64,000 nucleotides of DNA from a virus (IMGVR_UViG_3300020202_000072:1591-65590), one strand, 5' to 3'; counted from the first letter of the stretch, positions 8,871 to 19,200 are shown. Notes: a model not told the origin generated them from the sequence alone. Numbers and translations: made by a program.

Positions 8871-9726
8871 GCTCCTGGAAATCCCGGCTTTCAGCCGCCT
8901 GCACGACTGGCTCGGCCCGTGGATCATGCTGCCTTCGGCCTACGAGGGCTTGAAGGCCACGATCCTGAGAACCGACTGGGCGCGGCACATGGCCGACTAC
9001 CAGCAGAAGCAGGAGCTGGCCGCCGGCCGCGGCGAGGAAGACACGCTCACGCAGATGATCCCGGTCAAGGGCGGCAAGAACATCGCCGCGATCACCCTCG
9101 CCGGCACGCTGATGAAGTCCGCGTCGAGCTTCGGCGGGACCTCGACGGTGCAGGCCCGCAAAGAGATCAACGCGGCGAAGCGGGACCCGAACGTTCACGG
9201 GATCCTGCTGGCGATCGACAGCCCGGGCGGCACGGTCGCGGGCACGGCCGAGCTCGGCGACGCGATCAAGGACGCGACCCGGTCGAAGCCGGTTTACTCC
9301 TACGTCGACGGCCTCGCCGCGAGCGCCGCCTACTGGGCCGCGTCGCAGACGGACATGATCTTCGCCGGCAACCGGATGACCCAGACGGGCTCCATCGGCA
9401 CCTACCTGCCGGCTTACGACTTCTCGAAGGCCCTCGAGGCCGAGGGGGTCAAGGCAAAACTCTTCACGACCGGCAAGCTCAAGGGGCTCGGCACCTACGG
9501 GATGCCGATCACCGACGAGCAGTCGGCCCACCTGCAGGAACGCGTCAACGAGATGCAGACGCACTTCGACGCGGCCGTGCGGAGCGGGCGGGGCATGAAC
9601 GCCTCGCAACTGGAGGCCGTGAAGAGCGGGGCCGTCTTCTCCGCCAAGGAGGCGATGGAGAAGCGGCTGATCGACGGGATCAGGACTTTAGACCAAACGC
9701 TCGCGGCGCTCGCCGCGGCGTCGTGA
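8863..9726 (+). CDS. S49 family head maturation protease
   Basis: IDSPGG.V.G, AASAAYW.AS, GSIG. Confidence 0.95.
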   Translation: MRELLEIPAFSRLHDWLGPWIMLPSAYEGLKATILRTDWARHMADYQQKQELAAGRGEEDTLTQMIPVKGGKNIAAITLAGTLMKSASSFGGTSTVQARKEINAAKRDPNVHGILLAIDSPGGTVAGTAELGDAIKDATRSKPVYSYVDGLAASAAYWAASQTDMIFAGNRMTQTGSIGTYLPAYDFSKALEAEGVKAKLFTTGKLKGLGTYGMPITDEQSAHLQERVNEMQTHFDAAVRSGRGMNASQLEAVKSGAVFSAKEAMEKRLIDGIRTLDQTLAALAAAS

Positions 9727-9754
9727 ACGGGTTCACCCCTACGGGAGTAGTGTC

Positions 9755-11389
9755 ATGGATTTCGAAGCCTATGTGATCTCGTTGGGACTCGACCCGGCGA
9801 CCCTCACCGCCCAGGCCCGGGCGGGTCTACAGACCGCCTGGCGTGCCCTGCACGGCCCGAAGCAGCAGGCTGGCCAGGCTAACGGTGCCGCCACCGGGAA
9901 CATCCCGGTTGCCCAGCACGCTCCCGAGCAGACCGGCTCGGCCGGCCAGACGCAGTCGCAGGCGCAGGCCCGGGCCGCGTCGCCGTTCCACCAGGAGGCG
10001 GCCGCGTTCAAGGCGAACGCTGAGCGGATGGATACGATCCAGAAGCTCACCAAGGAGGCGATGAAGAAGCACTCCGGCGACAAGGTCATGTTGGAGCACC
10101 TGGAGAAGCTCTGCGAGAGCGCCTGTGCCGACGAGAAGATCGAGGTCCGCGACTTCCAGCTCAAGCTCTTCGAGCTCGCCGCCTACCGCGGCCCGATCGT
10201 GTTCGCTCCGTCCGCGCCGCAGGTCAATGAGACCGTGCTGGAAGCCGCCATCTGCGCGGCCCACAAGCTGGCCGGCCACGAGAAGCAGTTCGACGACCAG
10301 ACGCTCCAGGCGGCCCACGCGCGGTTCCGCGGCGGCATCAGCCTGAAGGAGCTCCTGGCCCTCGCCGGCGAGCGGAACAACGGCTACCGCGGCACGACCC
10401 GCGACATCAAGGCCCTGTGCCGGGCGGCGTTCGGCGGCCGGATGCTGGCCCGCGGCGGGGCGGACGACTTCCGCGCCGACGTCGGCCCGTCGACGATCGA
10501 CGTCGCCGGCATCCTGTCCAACGTGGCGAACAAGAGCCTCGGCGCCGCGTGGCTCTTCAGCGAGCAGAGCTGGCGGCGGATCGCGAAGGTCACCAGCGCC
10601 GGCGACTTCAAGCAGATGAGCGAGTACCGGCTCAACGGCGCGGCGAAGTTCGAGAAGATCGCCAAGGGCGGCGAGATCAAGCACGGCACGCTCAGCGACA
10701 CGACCTACACGAACCAGGTCGAGAACTACGGGAAGCTCATCGGCATCTCGTATGAGGACATGGTCAACGACGACCTGGGGGCCTTCATCAGCGTCACCCA
10801 GGAGCTCAGCCGCGGCGGCAGCGACTCCTTCAACGAGGTCTTCTGGACCGAGTTCCTGGACGACGCCGCCTTCTTCCCGACGGACAAGAGCCTCGGCAAT
10901 TACGACGACGGGGCGACCGACTCCGTCCTGTCTATCGCCGGCCTCAACAACGCGGACGCGATCTTCGCGGCCCAGACCAAGCCGGACGGCACGCCCCTGG
11001 GGGCCATCCCCCGGATCCTGCTCGTGCCCCGCACGCTGCGGGCGACGGGCAGCGAGCTGATGACCTCCGCCAAGAAGATCGGCCAGGGCCTGGACGGGGC
11101 GGCCGTCCCGGAAAACAACCCGTGGGTCGGCATGTTCGAGCTGGTCGCCTCGCTCTACCTGGCCTCCAGCGCCATCTCGGGCAGCAGCTCCACCGCGTGG
11201 TACCTCGGGGCCGACCCGATGGACATCGCCGCGATGTGGGTCGCCTTCCTCAACGGCCAGGAGACGCCGATCGTCGAGACCGGCGAGTTCGACTTCAACA
11301 GGCTCGGCCTGGCCATGCGAGCGTACATGGCGTTCGGCGTCCGGAAGAAGGAATACCGGGCCATGGTGAAGCTCAAGGGCGCCGCGTAA
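9755..11389 (+). CDS. Major capsid protein with N-terminal scaffold-like region
   Basis: ILSNVANKSL, DFK, GEIKHG, YG.L.GIS.ED..NDDLGAF, P.ILLVP, AFLNGQE.P. Confidence 0.9.
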   Translation: MDFEAYVISLGLDPATLTAQARAGLQTAWRALHGPKQQAGQANGAATGNIPVAQHAPEQTGSAGQTQSQAQARAASPFHQEAAAFKANAERMDTIQKLTKEAMKKHSGDKVMLEHLEKLCESACADEKIEVRDFQLKLFELAAYRGPIVFAPSAPQVNETVLEAAICAAHKLAGHEKQFDDQTLQAAHARFRGGISLKELLALAGERNNGYRGTTRDIKALCRAAFGGRMLARGGADDFRADVGPSTIDVAGILSNVANKSLGAAWLFSEQSWRRIAKVTSAGDFKQMSEYRLNGAAKFEKIAKGGEIKHGTLSDTTYTNQVENYGKLIGISYEDMVNDDLGAFISVTQELSRGGSDSFNEVFWTEFLDDAAFFPTDKSLGNYDDGATDSVLSIAGLNNADAIFAAQTKPDGTPLGAIPRILLVPRTLRATGSELMTSAKKIGQGLDGAAVPENNPWVGMFELVASLYLASSAISGSSSTAWYLGADPMDIAAMWVAFLNGQETPIVETGEFDFNRLGLAMRAYMAFGVRKKEYRAMVKLKGAA

Positions 11390-11466
11390 GCCACGGGCGG
11401 GGCTGCCGTCGCCGCCCCGCGTTTCGATCAGTCGCCCATACCAAACCAAACCGACGAGACAGACTC

Positions 11467-11823
11467 ATGAGCACGGTAATTCTCAAACAGGACCACGCCG
11501 GCAAGAAGAAGGGCGAGTCGGTCTCCATGCCCTTCGTCCGGGCCAGGGAAGCGGTCAAGGCGGGCATCGCCGAGTACCCGCAGCCGGCGCAGGGCAAGCC
11601 CGGCCTGGTGGAGCTGAAGCCGAGCGACGCCACGGTTCCGAAGCCGTTCCACGACGAGGTCTGCCGTCGGCACAAGCTCGATCTGGATCAGTCGGCCCAG
11701 CGCGTGAAGTTCCTCGAAGACGAGGTCAAGCGCCTGGCGGACGAGGTGAAGAAGGCGGCCGACGAGAACAAGGTCCTCGCTGACAAACTGGCCGCGGCCA
11801 ACAAGGGCGGCGACAAGAAGTAA
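11467..11823 (+). CDS. Hypothetical virion/assembly protein (L9-N-terminal-like start, coiled coil)
   Basis: MSTVILKQDHAGKKKGESVSM; follows the capsid gene. Confidence 0.55.
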   Translation: MSTVILKQDHAGKKKGESVSMPFVRAREAVKAGIAEYPQPAQGKPGLVELKPSDATVPKPFHDEVCRRHKLDLDQSAQRVKFLEDEVKRLADEVKKAADENKVLADKLAAANKGGDKK

Positions 11824-11888
11824 CGCCTTCGGCGGAACAAGGGGTCGAATCCACAGGCGGGGCACTGGCCCCTTTCGGAGTACCGATC

Positions 11889-12719
11889 ATGCAAGCGAAG
11901 AAAGTTCACGACACCGGCAACGTGCTGGATTACACCCCCGCCTCGGCCGTCGAAGCCGGCGACGTGGTGGTCCAGAAGGATCTCGTCGGCGTCGCCGCGT
12001 GCGACATCGCCGCGGACGAGCTCGGCGCCATCGAGGTCGGGGGAGTCTTCGACCTGCTGAAGAGCGGATCGAGCGGCCCCGTCTTCGCCGTCGACGACCC
12101 GGTGTACTGGGACGACACGAACAACCTGGCGGTCGCGACCCCGGCGAGCGGCGTGCAGATCGGCGTCTGCGTCAAGGCGGCGGCCACGGGCGACACCACC
12201 GTCCGGACGAAGCTCATCCCCCGGCCAAAGGCCGATCACGACCTCCTGTACTCCAACATCGCCGCCTCGACGGCGGTGACCAACACCACGACGGAGACGG
12301 CCTTCGACAAGGCGGTCACGATCCCCGCGAACACGCTCAAGGTCGGCGACGTGATCCGCGTCCGCGCCCAGGCGATCGCCACGCTGACCAACGCGACGGA
12401 CACGCTCGACCTGCAACTCCGGCTCGGCACCACGGACATCCTCGCGACCGGCGCGGTCGACGTGGCGAACAACGACATCGGCTTCATCGACGCGGACATC
12501 GTCGTCCGCACGGTGGGCGCCTCGGGCACGATCGTCGCCGCCGGGCACACGGCCCTCGGCGTCCCGGGCACCGTGACGGCGAAGCCGAAGCTCCTCGGCT
12601 CGACGACTCTCGACACGACCGCCGACCAGAGTGTCAACGTTTCGGCGACGTGGGGCGCGGCCAACGCCGGCAACAGCGTCCGCCTCGACATCCTCAACGT
12701 CCAGCTCATCCGGAAGTAA
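11889..12719 (+). CDS. DUF2190 capsid cement/decoration protein with C-terminal beta-rich domain
   Basis: G..LDYTP...V.AGDVV....LVGVA..DIAA.ELG.....GVF.L.K...VYWD. Confidence 0.8.
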   Translation: MQAKKVHDTGNVLDYTPASAVEAGDVVVQKDLVGVAACDIAADELGAIEVGGVFDLLKSGSSGPVFAVDDPVYWDDTNNLAVATPASGVQIGVCVKAAATGDTTVRTKLIPRPKADHDLLYSNIAASTAVTNTTTETAFDKAVTIPANTLKVGDVIRVRAQAIATLTNATDTLDLQLRLGTTDILATGAVDVANNDIGFIDADIVVRTVGASGTIVAAGHTALGVPGTVTAKPKLLGSTTLDTTADQSVNVSATWGAANAGNSVRLDILNVQLIRK

Positions 12720-12796
12720 CGCCCCCGGGGGACGCCCATCCCCCTCTTGATGCACGATGCGACGGGGCCACGGAAGGCCCCACATTTAGGAACCAC

Positions 12797-12991
12797 ATGC
12801 TTCGCTGGCTCTACCGGCTCCTGATCGGGGAACCCCGGCCCACGTGCCGGTACTGGTACGCGATCGAGTCGGACGTCGGTCGGGTCGAGTTCGGCGCGGA
12901 GACGGTAGAGGAACTGGCCGCCCTCATGCGCTGGCGGCAAGACGAGAAGGCGGCGGGGTATACGCCGACACCGGAACACACAGAGGCTTGA
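12797..12991 (+). CDS. Small hypothetical protein
   Basis: ATG after AGGA; fills the gap between the two decoration genes. Confidence 0.4.
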   Translation: MLRWLYRLLIGEPRPTCRYWYAIESDVGRVEFGAETVEELAALMRWRQDEKAAGYTPTPEHTEA

Positions 12992-13939
12992 GTGGCCGAC
13001 GCCGCACGAACCTACGGCTACTCGCCCGCCAACCTTCGGCTCACGCTGGCGGCGGCCAAGGTCGCTTACGAAGTGTTCCAGATCCCGGACGGCCGGGCCG
13101 CGGTGCTCGCGCGAGAGACGGGGGCCGCCTCCGGCGACCAGATCATCCCGGCCTCGTCAGGCGTGTACACGGTCACGAAGACGGCCGGCCAGGTTTTCCT
13201 CGACGGCTGCGAGCTGTGGTGGGACCACTCGGAGAACAAGGCGATCTTCGCCCCCGGCAACGACCGGGACTTCTACCTGGGGACCTGCGTCGGCGACGCG
13301 GAGAGCGCGGACACGAGCTGCGTTGTCAACCTGAACGAGCGGCCGCGGTACGAGATCGACAGCCGGCTCGGCGTGTGGACGAGCGAGGCCACTCTCGGCG
13401 AAGGCGTCACCGTCCTGCCGGGCGGCGGACTGAAGCTCAGCTTCGACGCGGTCGCCGAAGTCGCCCAGGCCGCGGTCTACAGCGAGAAGACGCGGCACGT
13501 CAACGCGAACGGCATCCTCGAGGCCCGCGTCGCCGTCTTCGACAAGGGCGACAACGCGGCCCTCGACATCGACATCGGCCTCGCGAGTGCGAGCCACGCC
13601 TCCGATTTCGAGGCGATCCCGATCTTCGTGGCTTTCCACCTCGACGGGAATGCGCTCGACTTGAAGGCCCACAGCGACGACGGCACGACTGACGTCGCCA
13701 TTGTGGACACGACGATCGACCTGGTCGACGACACCTACGCCGTCCTCTGGATCGACACCCGGGACCTGACGAGCGTGAAGCTCTACGTGAACGCGGTCCG
13801 GGTGGCGTCGGGGGCAACGTTCAACTGGGCGGCGGCGACCGGCGAGGTCAAGCCGATCGTCCTGATCGAGAAGACGAACGACGACACGCCGGCGGACGTG
13901 CGGGTCGACTACCTTCGGTACCGAACCTCGGAGCAGTGA
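12992..13939 (+). CDS. Second DUF2190-like decoration protein with lectin-like C-terminal domain
   Basis: GVYTV.K.AG...L.G..LWWD...N.A; beta-strand-rich C-terminus ending VDYLRY. Confidence 0.6.
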   Translation: MADAARTYGYSPANLRLTLAAAKVAYEVFQIPDGRAAVLARETGAASGDQIIPASSGVYTVTKTAGQVFLDGCELWWDHSENKAIFAPGNDRDFYLGTCVGDAESADTSCVVNLNERPRYEIDSRLGVWTSEATLGEGVTVLPGGGLKLSFDAVAEVAQAAVYSEKTRHVNANGILEARVAVFDKGDNAALDIDIGLASASHASDFEAIPIFVAFHLDGNALDLKAHSDDGTTDVAIVDTTIDLVDDTYAVLWIDTRDLTSVKLYVNAVRVASGATFNWAAATGEVKPIVLIEKTNDDTPADVRVDYLRYRTSEQ

Positions 13940-14490
13940 CCATGTTGATTCTCCTGATCACCCTCGGCGTCGCTCTCCTCGGCCTGGCTCTCTACGCCGG
14001 CGCGGTCTCGGTCACCTACGCCTCGACCATCACCATCGCCGAGACGCTGCCGAACAACACCGGCAGCGCCGCGGACGCGAGCCGGATCGTCACCCACAAC
14101 CAGTACAACGAGTCCGGCACGTACACCGCGGCCACAACTCCACCCGTCACTCTGCAGGCGTCCTTCCTCCAGGCACTCAGCGCCGGCGCGGCCACGATCG
14201 ACCTCCGCGCCCTGACCGGGACGAACGGCGCGAGCGTCGACGGCAACGGCCTCAAGGTGCAAATGGTCCGGGTCAAGAACCTGGGGGCCAACGCCCTGAC
14301 CGTGAAGTCTGGGGCGTCGAACGGGCACACCGGCTTTTTCACGGCGACGACCGGCACGATCATCCCGCCGGGCGCCCACATGCAGTTGTTCACGAACGAC
14401 AACGGCGACGACATCGACGCCACGCACAAGACCTGGGACCTGACGGGCACGGGGGCCCAGACGTCGGAGTGGACCATCGTCATGGGGTAA
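13936..14490 (+). CDS. Hypothetical virion protein
   Basis: T/G/A-rich beta protein in the structural operon with a hydrophobic N-terminus. Confidence 0.55.
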   Translation: MTMLILLITLGVALLGLALYAGAVSVTYASTITIAETLPNNTGSAADASRIVTHNQYNESGTYTAATTPPVTLQASFLQALSAGAATIDLRALTGTNGASVDGNGLKVQMVRVKNLGANALTVKSGASNGHTGFFTATTGTIIPPGAHMQLFTNDNGDDIDATHKTWDLTGTGAQTSEWTIVMG

Positions 14491-14493
14491 GCC

Positions 14494-14862
14494 GTGGGCG
14501 ACCTGGAAAGCGCGTTCGAGTGGCTTGCCGAGCAGCAAGAGGAGAACAACCCGACGACGATCACGTATCGCCGGGACTCCCTCGACGCCGAGATCACGAT
14601 TGATTGCGTGGCCGGGCGGGTGACATCGGAGCGTTGGGCGCTGGCGGACGGCAGGGCGAACCTGAACGTCGAGCCCGCCGACTTCCTGATCCGCCCCTCG
14701 CGGCTCGACTTCGGAGACGGACCGACGGACCCGGCGCGGGGCGACCGGATCACCGTCGGCAGCCGAGTCTACGAGGTCGTCGACAGGGACGGGGAGCCGT
14801 GCTTCCGGTGGGACAGCCAGTACCGGACCATGCTCCGCGTGCGAGCCATCCGTGTGAGTTGA
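14494..14862 (+). CDS. Head-tail joining protein (gpFII-like)
   Basis: ITYRR, DFLI....L.....P..GDRI.....YEV; synteny. Confidence 0.65.
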   Translation: MGDLESAFEWLAEQQEENNPTTITYRRDSLDAEITIDCVAGRVTSERWALADGRANLNVEPADFLIRPSRLDFGDGPTDPARGDRITVGSRVYEVVDRDGEPCFRWDSQYRTMLRVRAIRVS

Positions 14863-14863
14863 C

Positions 14864-15340
14864 ATGAGTCGAGTGCTCGAAGCCTGCGACGCCGTCGCCG
14901 ACTTCCTCTCCGAGAGGATCGAGGAGGAGGTCGCGGTCTCACGCCGCTACGTCGCGACCGACGAGTACGCGACCATGACCGGCCGCAAGATCCGAGTCTA
15001 CCCGGAGGGGTACACGGACGCGGAGCGGCTGACCAAGCGCCGGACGTACAAGGAGCTCCGAGTCGTCGTCGTCGTCGAGGAGAGGTACGAAGCGCCGGGC
15101 GTCGCCGGGGACAACGACCCGGTGCCCACGGCCTGGGTGGACGAGCGGGTCGACTGGGTTGAGGAGAGCGTCTTCGACCCCCTCAATGATAAGGGCGTTC
15201 ACGGGAACGACCTGCTGGCAGACCGCTTCCGGAACTACACGTGCGAGGTCACCGTCGTGGCGGACCCGCAGCGGCTCCAGGAGTCCAAGGTTTTCTTTTC
15301 TCTGATCACGGTCTCGTACCGCGAACAGGCGGAGGGCTGA
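14864..15340 (+). CDS. Putative tail terminator
   Basis: Size, position and C-terminal F.S.ITVSY. Confidence 0.5.
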   Translation: MSRVLEACDAVADFLSERIEEEVAVSRRYVATDEYATMTGRKIRVYPEGYTDAERLTKRRTYKELRVVVVVEERYEAPGVAGDNDPVPTAWVDERVDWVEESVFDPLNDKGVHGNDLLADRFRNYTCEVTVVADPQRLQESKVFFSLITVSYREQAEG

Positions 15341-15344
15341 CGTC

Positions 15345-15821
15345 ATGCCGAAGCACGGAATCGACTCCGAGATCTACCGCGACACCGCCGCGAGCTGGGA
15401 CGGCCCGAGCTGGAGCGACTGCGACCTCATCAGCGACTGCACTCCGAACGAGGAGTGGGACGTCTTCGAGTTCGTCGTCCGCCGCAGCCGGGCCAAGATG
15501 GGCGAGCCGACGACCAAGGGCATCGGCTGCACTGTCAAGATGCTCCGCGACCCGAACGACGCGAACTACGTCGCCTTCCGCGACGCCTGCAACGCGCGGA
15601 CGCCCCTGCACCTGCTCATCCTCGATGGGCCGAAGGAGACCGAGGGCTCCGAAGGGCATCGGGCCTGGTACAAGGTGACGAAGGCTACCGCGAGCCAGAA
15701 CACCGGCGACGTGCTCTTCAGCGAGTACAACCTGATCCCCTGCCTGTCCGACGAGACGGACGAAATCCCCCAGACGGCGGTCGTCGGGGGCGGCGGGTCG
15801 ATCACCTACACGGACATCTGA
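15345..15821 (+). CDS. Putative major tail tube protein
   Basis: K.G....IY......W......I.D.T...E; position before the tail chaperones. Confidence 0.6.
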   Translation: MPKHGIDSEIYRDTAASWDGPSWSDCDLISDCTPNEEWDVFEFVVRRSRAKMGEPTTKGIGCTVKMLRDPNDANYVAFRDACNARTPLHLLILDGPKETEGSEGHRAWYKVTKATASQNTGDVLFSEYNLIPCLSDETDEIPQTAVVGGGGSITYTDI

Positions 15822-15822
15822 C

Positions 15823-16476
15823 GTGGCGGTCTGCGCGGGAGCTCCGACCGGCGGCATCTCCGGGGCCCTGGCCTCCGGCCGGGGCTCCCTCGACCAGTTC
15901 AAGCGGGGCTTCTTCGACGCCGAGTCGGTAATCAAGGCGATGGACAAGGGGACGGCGAAGGCCCTGTCGAAGCACGGGGCGTTCGTCCGCCGTCGGGCCC
16001 AGACCTCGATCCGGTACCGCCTGCAGCCGTCCGAGCCCGGGCAGCCGCCCTCCGCGCATCGGACCATGACGCGGAACAAGACGAACAAGAAGACCGGGGT
16101 GACCAAGAAGCAGCAGGTGAGCCCGCTCCGGGAATTCCTGTTCTTCGCATACGAGTTCAACGTCCGGACCGTGGTCATCGGACCCGCCGCGACCAACCAG
16201 CGGAACGCCTTGGGCATGGAAGGCAAGACCGTCCCGGAGGTGCTCGAATACGGCGGCACGGTCGGCATCCTGGAGTACCTGGCCAGGAGCTACGTCGGCG
16301 CCGACGGCGTCAAGGTCCCGGAGCGATGGCGAAGGATAGACCTCCGCTCGCCCAGGCGGGCCAGCGGCCGGCCGCAACGCCAGCGGACTGCCAGCTATCC
16401 GGCCCGGCCCTACATGAATCCGGCCCACCAGGCGGAATTGAAAACTTTGCCCGCACTGCTGACCAACATCATTTGA
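15823..16476 (+). CDS. Tail completion/virion morphogenesis protein
   Basis: Basic protein with GAFVRR.A..SIR, S.PG.PP, P.VLEYGG, YPARPYM.PA. Confidence 0.65.
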   Translation: MAVCAGAPTGGISGALASGRGSLDQFKRGFFDAESVIKAMDKGTAKALSKHGAFVRRRAQTSIRYRLQPSEPGQPPSAHRTMTRNKTNKKTGVTKKQQVSPLREFLFFAYEFNVRTVVIGPAATNQRNALGMEGKTVPEVLEYGGTVGILEYLARSYVGADGVKVPERWRRIDLRSPRRASGRPQRQRTASYPARPYMNPAHQAELKTLPALLTNII

Positions 16477-16485
16477 GGTTCGACC

Positions 16486-16872
16486 GTGAAGTTCAAAGAC
16501 TCGACTGGACAGGATTGGGTGTGGCCGAAGCTCACGACCCGCGTCCTCAACAACCTGCGAGATAACCAGCAAGTCGACCTGCGACAGCTCCTCCGCACCA
16601 AGGCCGAAGAGGTCGGCGAGGCCTTGATGGACGACGAGAAGTTGATCGCCGTCTTCATGTACCTTTGCAAGCCTCAGGTCGACGAACGCGGCCTGACCAA
16701 GGAGCAGGTCGAAGACCGCTGGGACGGGGAGACCAACCTCGCCGCGAGGGAGTCGCTGGTCGAAAGTTTTTTTCGTCACTCCCAGAGCCAGAAGGTGACG
16801 GAGGTCTTGATGAGGAGGTTCCGAGGGGAGGGTACGAGCCTCGCGACCTTGAGCGAGTCGCCTGGGAGCTAG
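16486..16872 (+). CDS. Tail assembly chaperone (gpG-like)
   Basis: MKFKD..G..W start; lies upstream of the tape measure; contains a slippery site. Confidence 0.7.
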   Translation: MKFKDSTGQDWVWPKLTTRVLNNLRDNQQVDLRQLLRTKAEEVGEALMDDEKLIAVFMYLCKPQVDERGLTKEQVEDRWDGETNLAARESLVESFFRHSQSQKVTEVLMRRFRGEGTSLATLSESPGS

Positions 16873-17168
16873 CGGGGGCAGCCGGGGGCGTTGACGCTAA
16901 CGACCTCACGCTCCGCGAGCTGGCCTGGCTGGCCAACGGCCGGCGGCGAGAAGAGTGGGACCACTCGATTCTGCACGCCATGGCCTTGGGCGCCAAAGAC
17001 ATCGACCCGGAGAAGACGAACCCCTACCGCAAGGGGTCGGAGAAGGGCAGGAAGTTCACACCGGAGCAACTCGCGAGGGCTCGCAAGGCGCGGATGAAGG
17101 ACTACGTCGCTTCGATGAAGGCGATGAACCAGCAACGGAAGAAAAGCCATGGCAATGGGCGGCAGTAG
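16767..17168 (+). CDS. -1 frameshift extension of the tail chaperone (gpGT-like)
   Basis: T TTT TTT heptamer at 16767-16773 in the codon phase expected for X XXY YYZ; the -1 frame is open to 17168 (LTLREL..LA.GR...W). Confidence 0.7.
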   Translation, partial: FFSSLPEPEGDGGLDEEVPRGGYEPRDLERVAWELAGAAGGVDANDLTLRELAWLANGRRREEWDHSILHAMALGAKDIDPEKTNPYRKGSEKGRKFTPEQLARARKARMKDYVASMKAMNQQRKKSHGNGRQ

Positions 17169-19200
17169 CGGCGGGAAGGCGGGCGGCATCCGTGCCGGCA
17201 AGGCCTTCGTCGAAACCGCCCTCGACATGGCCGGGCTGAAGGGCGGGCTCCTGCAAGCCAAGCGGCTTGTCATGGGAGCGTCCAAGGGATTTGGTATCGC
17301 AGGAGCGAGCCTGCTGGGCCTGGGGACCGGTCTCCTCGGCGCAGTCGCGGCCCCCTTCCGCGAAGTTGTGGACCACTTCGACGAGATCCAAAAGGCGGCG
17401 GACCGGCTCGGGACCTCGACAGAATCCCTCTCTGCACTGGGCTACGCGGCGGAACAGTCGGGCTCCAACCTGGAGGAGCTCGAGAGCGCCGCGAAGATCA
17501 TGCAGAAGAACCTGATCAACTCGCCGGAGGCCTTCGACAAGCTGGGCATGAGCGCCGCGGAGCTGGCGAAGATGCCACTCGCGGAACAAATCGAAGCCAT
17601 CTCCGACGCGATCGCGGAACTCGACAGCCATTCGAAAACGGCAGCTTCACTTGCCATCTTCGGCAAGGCGGGCACCCGGCTCCTGCCGCTCTTCAAGGAC
17701 GGCGCGGAAGGCATCCGGGCCCTGAAGAAGGAAGCGGAGGATGTCGGCGCCGTGGTGGGGGGCGACAACGCACGCAAGGCGGAGCGGGCCGGCGACGCCA
17801 TCTCGCGCGCGTGGACCGCCGTGAAGAACACCATCCGCGCCGTGGGCGCCGCGATCCTGCCGGAGATCGATACGCTGGAGAGGCTCACCGGGTACGTCGT
17901 GTCCGGTGCGAAGATCGTGCGAGAGTTCATCGGCGAGAACCGGCAACTGATCCTGATCATCGCGGGCGTCGGTGCCGGGCTAGCCGCGGCCGGCGCCGCC
18001 TTCATCGGCATCGGCACCTCGCTCGCGGTCGCGGGCGTGGCGTTGGGCGGGATCATCACCGGCATCACAGCCGTCGGCACGATCATCTCGACCATCTGGG
18101 CCTGGCTCCCCGCGATCGCCATCGTCGCAGGAATAGCCGCCGCGGTCGGCGGGCTGGGATACGCCCTCTACAAGTTCACCGTCGTCGGCGACTACGCGAG
18201 GGATCTGTTCAGGGGGCTGGGCGAAGTCATCGGCTGGGCCAGCGGAATCCTCACCACCGCCTGGGAGGGGATTTCCGCGGCACTCGAGGCCGGCGACCTC
18301 AACGGGGCGATGGACGTCGCCAAGCAAACGCTGTCCGTCTTCTGGGCCGCACTGAAGTACGGGGCTCAGGTCGCGTGGTCCTTCGTAAAAGAAAAGGCCC
18401 TGAACGCTTGGGACGACGTGATCGGCTTCGGCAAGAAGGCCTTGGTCGACGTCGACGCTGAGCTCAAGATCTTCGGCACCGACATGGAGGATTACCTGAA
18501 GGAGACCTTCGAGTCGATCTGGAAGTTCTTCAAAAACGGGTGGAAGGATTCCTTCAACGCCTTCCTTGACATGAGCAACGCCGCGCTGGAGGCGGAGGCG
18601 AGGGGCCGCCAGTACGTCAAAGACCACTGGAAGGACATCGCGGCGGGGGCCATCGGGGCATCTGGTCTCGGGCTCATCATCGGCGGTGGCAAGGAAGGTG
18701 TCGACGCTGCCACGAAGCCGATCGGCGAGGGCCAGGCCCTCGCCGAGCAGCTTGGCGACCGGGAGGCGGCGAAGAAGCGCATCCGCCTGGAGCGCGATCG
18801 CCTGAAGGCCGCGGAAGACGCGCTGACCCAAGACAAGAAGGACGCCCGCGCCGCCCGCGAGAAGGAGAAGATCGACAAGGCCCTCGAAGAGCTGAAGCAA
18901 GAGGAGAGGAAGCTGGAGGCCGAAAAGCAGAAGCAAGAACTCGCGGCGCGGGACAAGCGGATCGCGGCCAACACCGCGATCTTCGCCGCGCTGATGAAGG
19001 ACATCAACGGCATGGGCCAACGGAAGCAAGACGCGATCGCCGGTATTTCCGCCGCGACCCGCTCGGCCTTTGGCACCTTCGGCAACTCCGCCCTCATGTT
19101 CGGCGGCGGTGGCGGGGTTCTGAACAAGATCGAGAAGAACACCGCCGACGCGGCCGAGGATCTGGATGACATCAAGAACAAGGGCGGACTGAGGCACTAA
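17149..19200 (+). CDS. Tail tape measure protein
   Basis: IRAG.AFVE, A.RLG.S.E.LS.L.YAAE.SG, IFGK.G..LLP; A/G-rich helical protein with hydrophobic segments and periodic W. Confidence 0.9.
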   Translation: MAMGGSSGGKAGGIRAGKAFVETALDMAGLKGGLLQAKRLVMGASKGFGIAGASLLGLGTGLLGAVAAPFREVVDHFDEIQKAADRLGTSTESLSALGYAAEQSGSNLEELESAAKIMQKNLINSPEAFDKLGMSAAELAKMPLAEQIEAISDAIAELDSHSKTAASLAIFGKAGTRLLPLFKDGAEGIRALKKEAEDVGAVVGGDNARKAERAGDAISRAWTAVKNTIRAVGAAILPEIDTLERLTGYVVSGAKIVREFIGENRQLILIIAGVGAGLAAAGAAFIGIGTSLAVAGVALGGIITGITAVGTIISTIWAWLPAIAIVAGIAAAVGGLGYALYKFTVVGDYARDLFRGLGEVIGWASGILTTAWEGISAALEAGDLNGAMDVAKQTLSVFWAALKYGAQVAWSFVKEKALNAWDDVIGFGKKALVDVDAELKIFGTDMEDYLKETFESIWKFFKNGWKDSFNAFLDMSNAALEAEARGRQYVKDHWKDIAAGAIGASGLGLIIGGGKEGVDAATKPIGEGQALAEQLGDREAAKKRIRLERDRLKAAEDALTQDKKDARAAREKEKIDKALEELKQEERKLEAEKQKQELAARDKRIAANTAIFAALMKDINGMGQRKQDAIAGISAATRSAFGTFGNSALMFGGGGGVLNKIEKNTADAAEDLDDIKNKGGLRH

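Noticed and set aside
6384-8927. 847-aa minus-strand ORF and similar long antisense ORFs (9827-11449, 49523-51340, 60792-62417)
   Set aside because: Shadows of GC-rich genes that have clear family motifs on the plus strand
11824-11870. Third tRNA-like element (GGGTCGAATCC)
   Set aside because: Stems too short and mismatched to support
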